From positions 40,807,256 to 40,871,255 of the forward strand of contig NC_068995.1 in the NCBI RefSeq assembly GCF_001194135.2: DNA of 64,000 bases. Reading direction: 5' to 3'. Shown here piece after piece: positions 62,900-64,000 of this stretch (its first letter is position 1; the number at the start of each line of letters is the position of its first letter). A program made the position numbers and the translations under genes. The DNA is from Octopus bimaculoides. Its lineage: Eukaryota. Under the pieces are notes generated by a model. The model was given only the letters and a program-made list of their open reading frames with translations. It made no database searches and was not told where the DNA came from.

Positions 62900-63445
62900 A
62901 TCTTCCTGTGAGGAAAGAACTAGTTTGTAACAGATATACAAAGTTTCATTGTTGGAATATACAGAACCAGAAAGAAATTCACATTTTGGACTTCGGAAAA
63001 TTCTTGCATATTTTTATTGTTCGGCTTACAAATTGCATTTCTAATATGCGAGTTGCTTGATATCTTTTTCTGTTGTATGACGGGAGTTTTGACTGCCATA
63101 TTTTACTAAGTCTGGTGTCATATTCTCGAATTACTGTATCTTTATTCACAACCCCTTCGCATGATATCGCATGATTTTCATAAATGACTAGGTATTTATA
63201 GCATTCTTTCTGCTGAAAAAGAGAGAGATAGTGAAACCGTTGATACACAGAATTTTGGTCACCCAGACCAAAATTCTGTGTACCAACGGTTTAACAATCA
63301 AATATGCTCACTTCTCTGAGCCAAATTCCATTTCTATACCAGCTGAAAATGCTAGTTCAGTCCTGCTGTTTTTTGGCATTGTAAACATTTTTACAATAGA
63401 TCTTCAGGTCATCTACAAAGAAATTGTAGGTTAAACTAACATCTT
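62900..63445 (-). mobile_element. R4/Dong LINE RT fragment including the catalytic motif
   Basis: The minus strand reads TYNFFVDDLKIY, EMEFGSEK*AY, LCINGFTI, ECYKYLVIYEN..NKDTVIREYDTRLSKIWQSKLPSYN (cf. F+DDLK+Y, GM.FG.DKCA, YKYLGI.EN, EY..R+.KIW.S.L..YNK). Confidence 0.8.
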
Positions 63446-63859
63446 TAACAGTTGCAAACCCTAGCGTGTAGCCACTGGATTTTTATAGTAGGAACGATAA
63501 TGGATTTAAAAGATTTAAAACCAAAATAAGCAAACATACAGAAAGACTGTCCCCATGGAATATTCCTTTTGAAATATTTATAACATCTGAAGCTCTCAAT
63601 AATAAGTGTGATGATTGTTCACCAGGTCTTCGTGAGCCTCTCAATGGCAGCAGCTATTTTTGCCTGATATTGGCACTTTAGCAGCCATGAGTAAAGAATA
63701 GAGACGAATGCTTTCCTATAATCAAGCGAAATAGTTTAAGTTGGCGTGAGTTTCGTCTCATTATATATTTTTTAACCGCTTCACATATCGAATAGAAGGA
63801 TCATCACGGATTTTCTCGTCGTTCTGAAGCAGATCATGGCTCAAAGTAAAGTCTAGCTA

Positions 63860-63949
63860 AACGGAGAAGAATTTGAATCCAGAATGCAAACACGGACGAA
63901 ATGGCGTTAAGCATTTCGGCCAGCATGCTAACGATTGTGCTAGCCACCG

Positions 63950-63950
<1 letters not shown>
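63860..63950 (-). mobile_element. SINE family C head fragment
   Basis: GAATTTGAATCCAGAA..GACGAAATGGCGTTAAGCATTTCG..GCTAACGATT. Confidence 0.65.
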
Positions 63951-63995
<45 letters not shown>

Positions 63996-64000
63996 GTACA

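Overview
AT-rich, gap-ridden eukaryotic draft-scaffold sequence. The SINE families, the microsatellite load and the transposon relics point to an octopod cephalopod (Octopus-like); this is an inference from repeat content. I find no confidently supported host protein-coding gene, rRNA, genuine tRNA or CRISPR array, and nearly all listed ORFs are translations of microsatellites or N-gaps. The window reads as intergenic or deep-intronic DNA. It holds about 30 copies of three tRNA-derived SINE families (labelled A, B, C here). Decayed LINE fragments include R4/Dong, CR1-like, RTE-like and Penelope-like. Decayed DNA transposons include mariner, maT DD37D, pogo/Tigger, a SPIN/Charlie-type hAT with an exact 8-bp TSD, two hAT MITEs and a Helitron. 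The most interesting signals are: (1) minimal type-I hammerhead ribozyme folds with a palindromic stem III in Penelope-like repeats, including a family with a shared U at core position 6; (2) several near-perfect hairpins and closely spaced inverted repeats, including a probable template-switch foldback inside a LINE RT; (3) a degenerate minisatellite built from near-palindromic units; (4) nested insertions that give a relative chronology; (5) weak candidate exons, notably a phase-compatible pair that would encode a Cys-rich segment followed by a TM helix.
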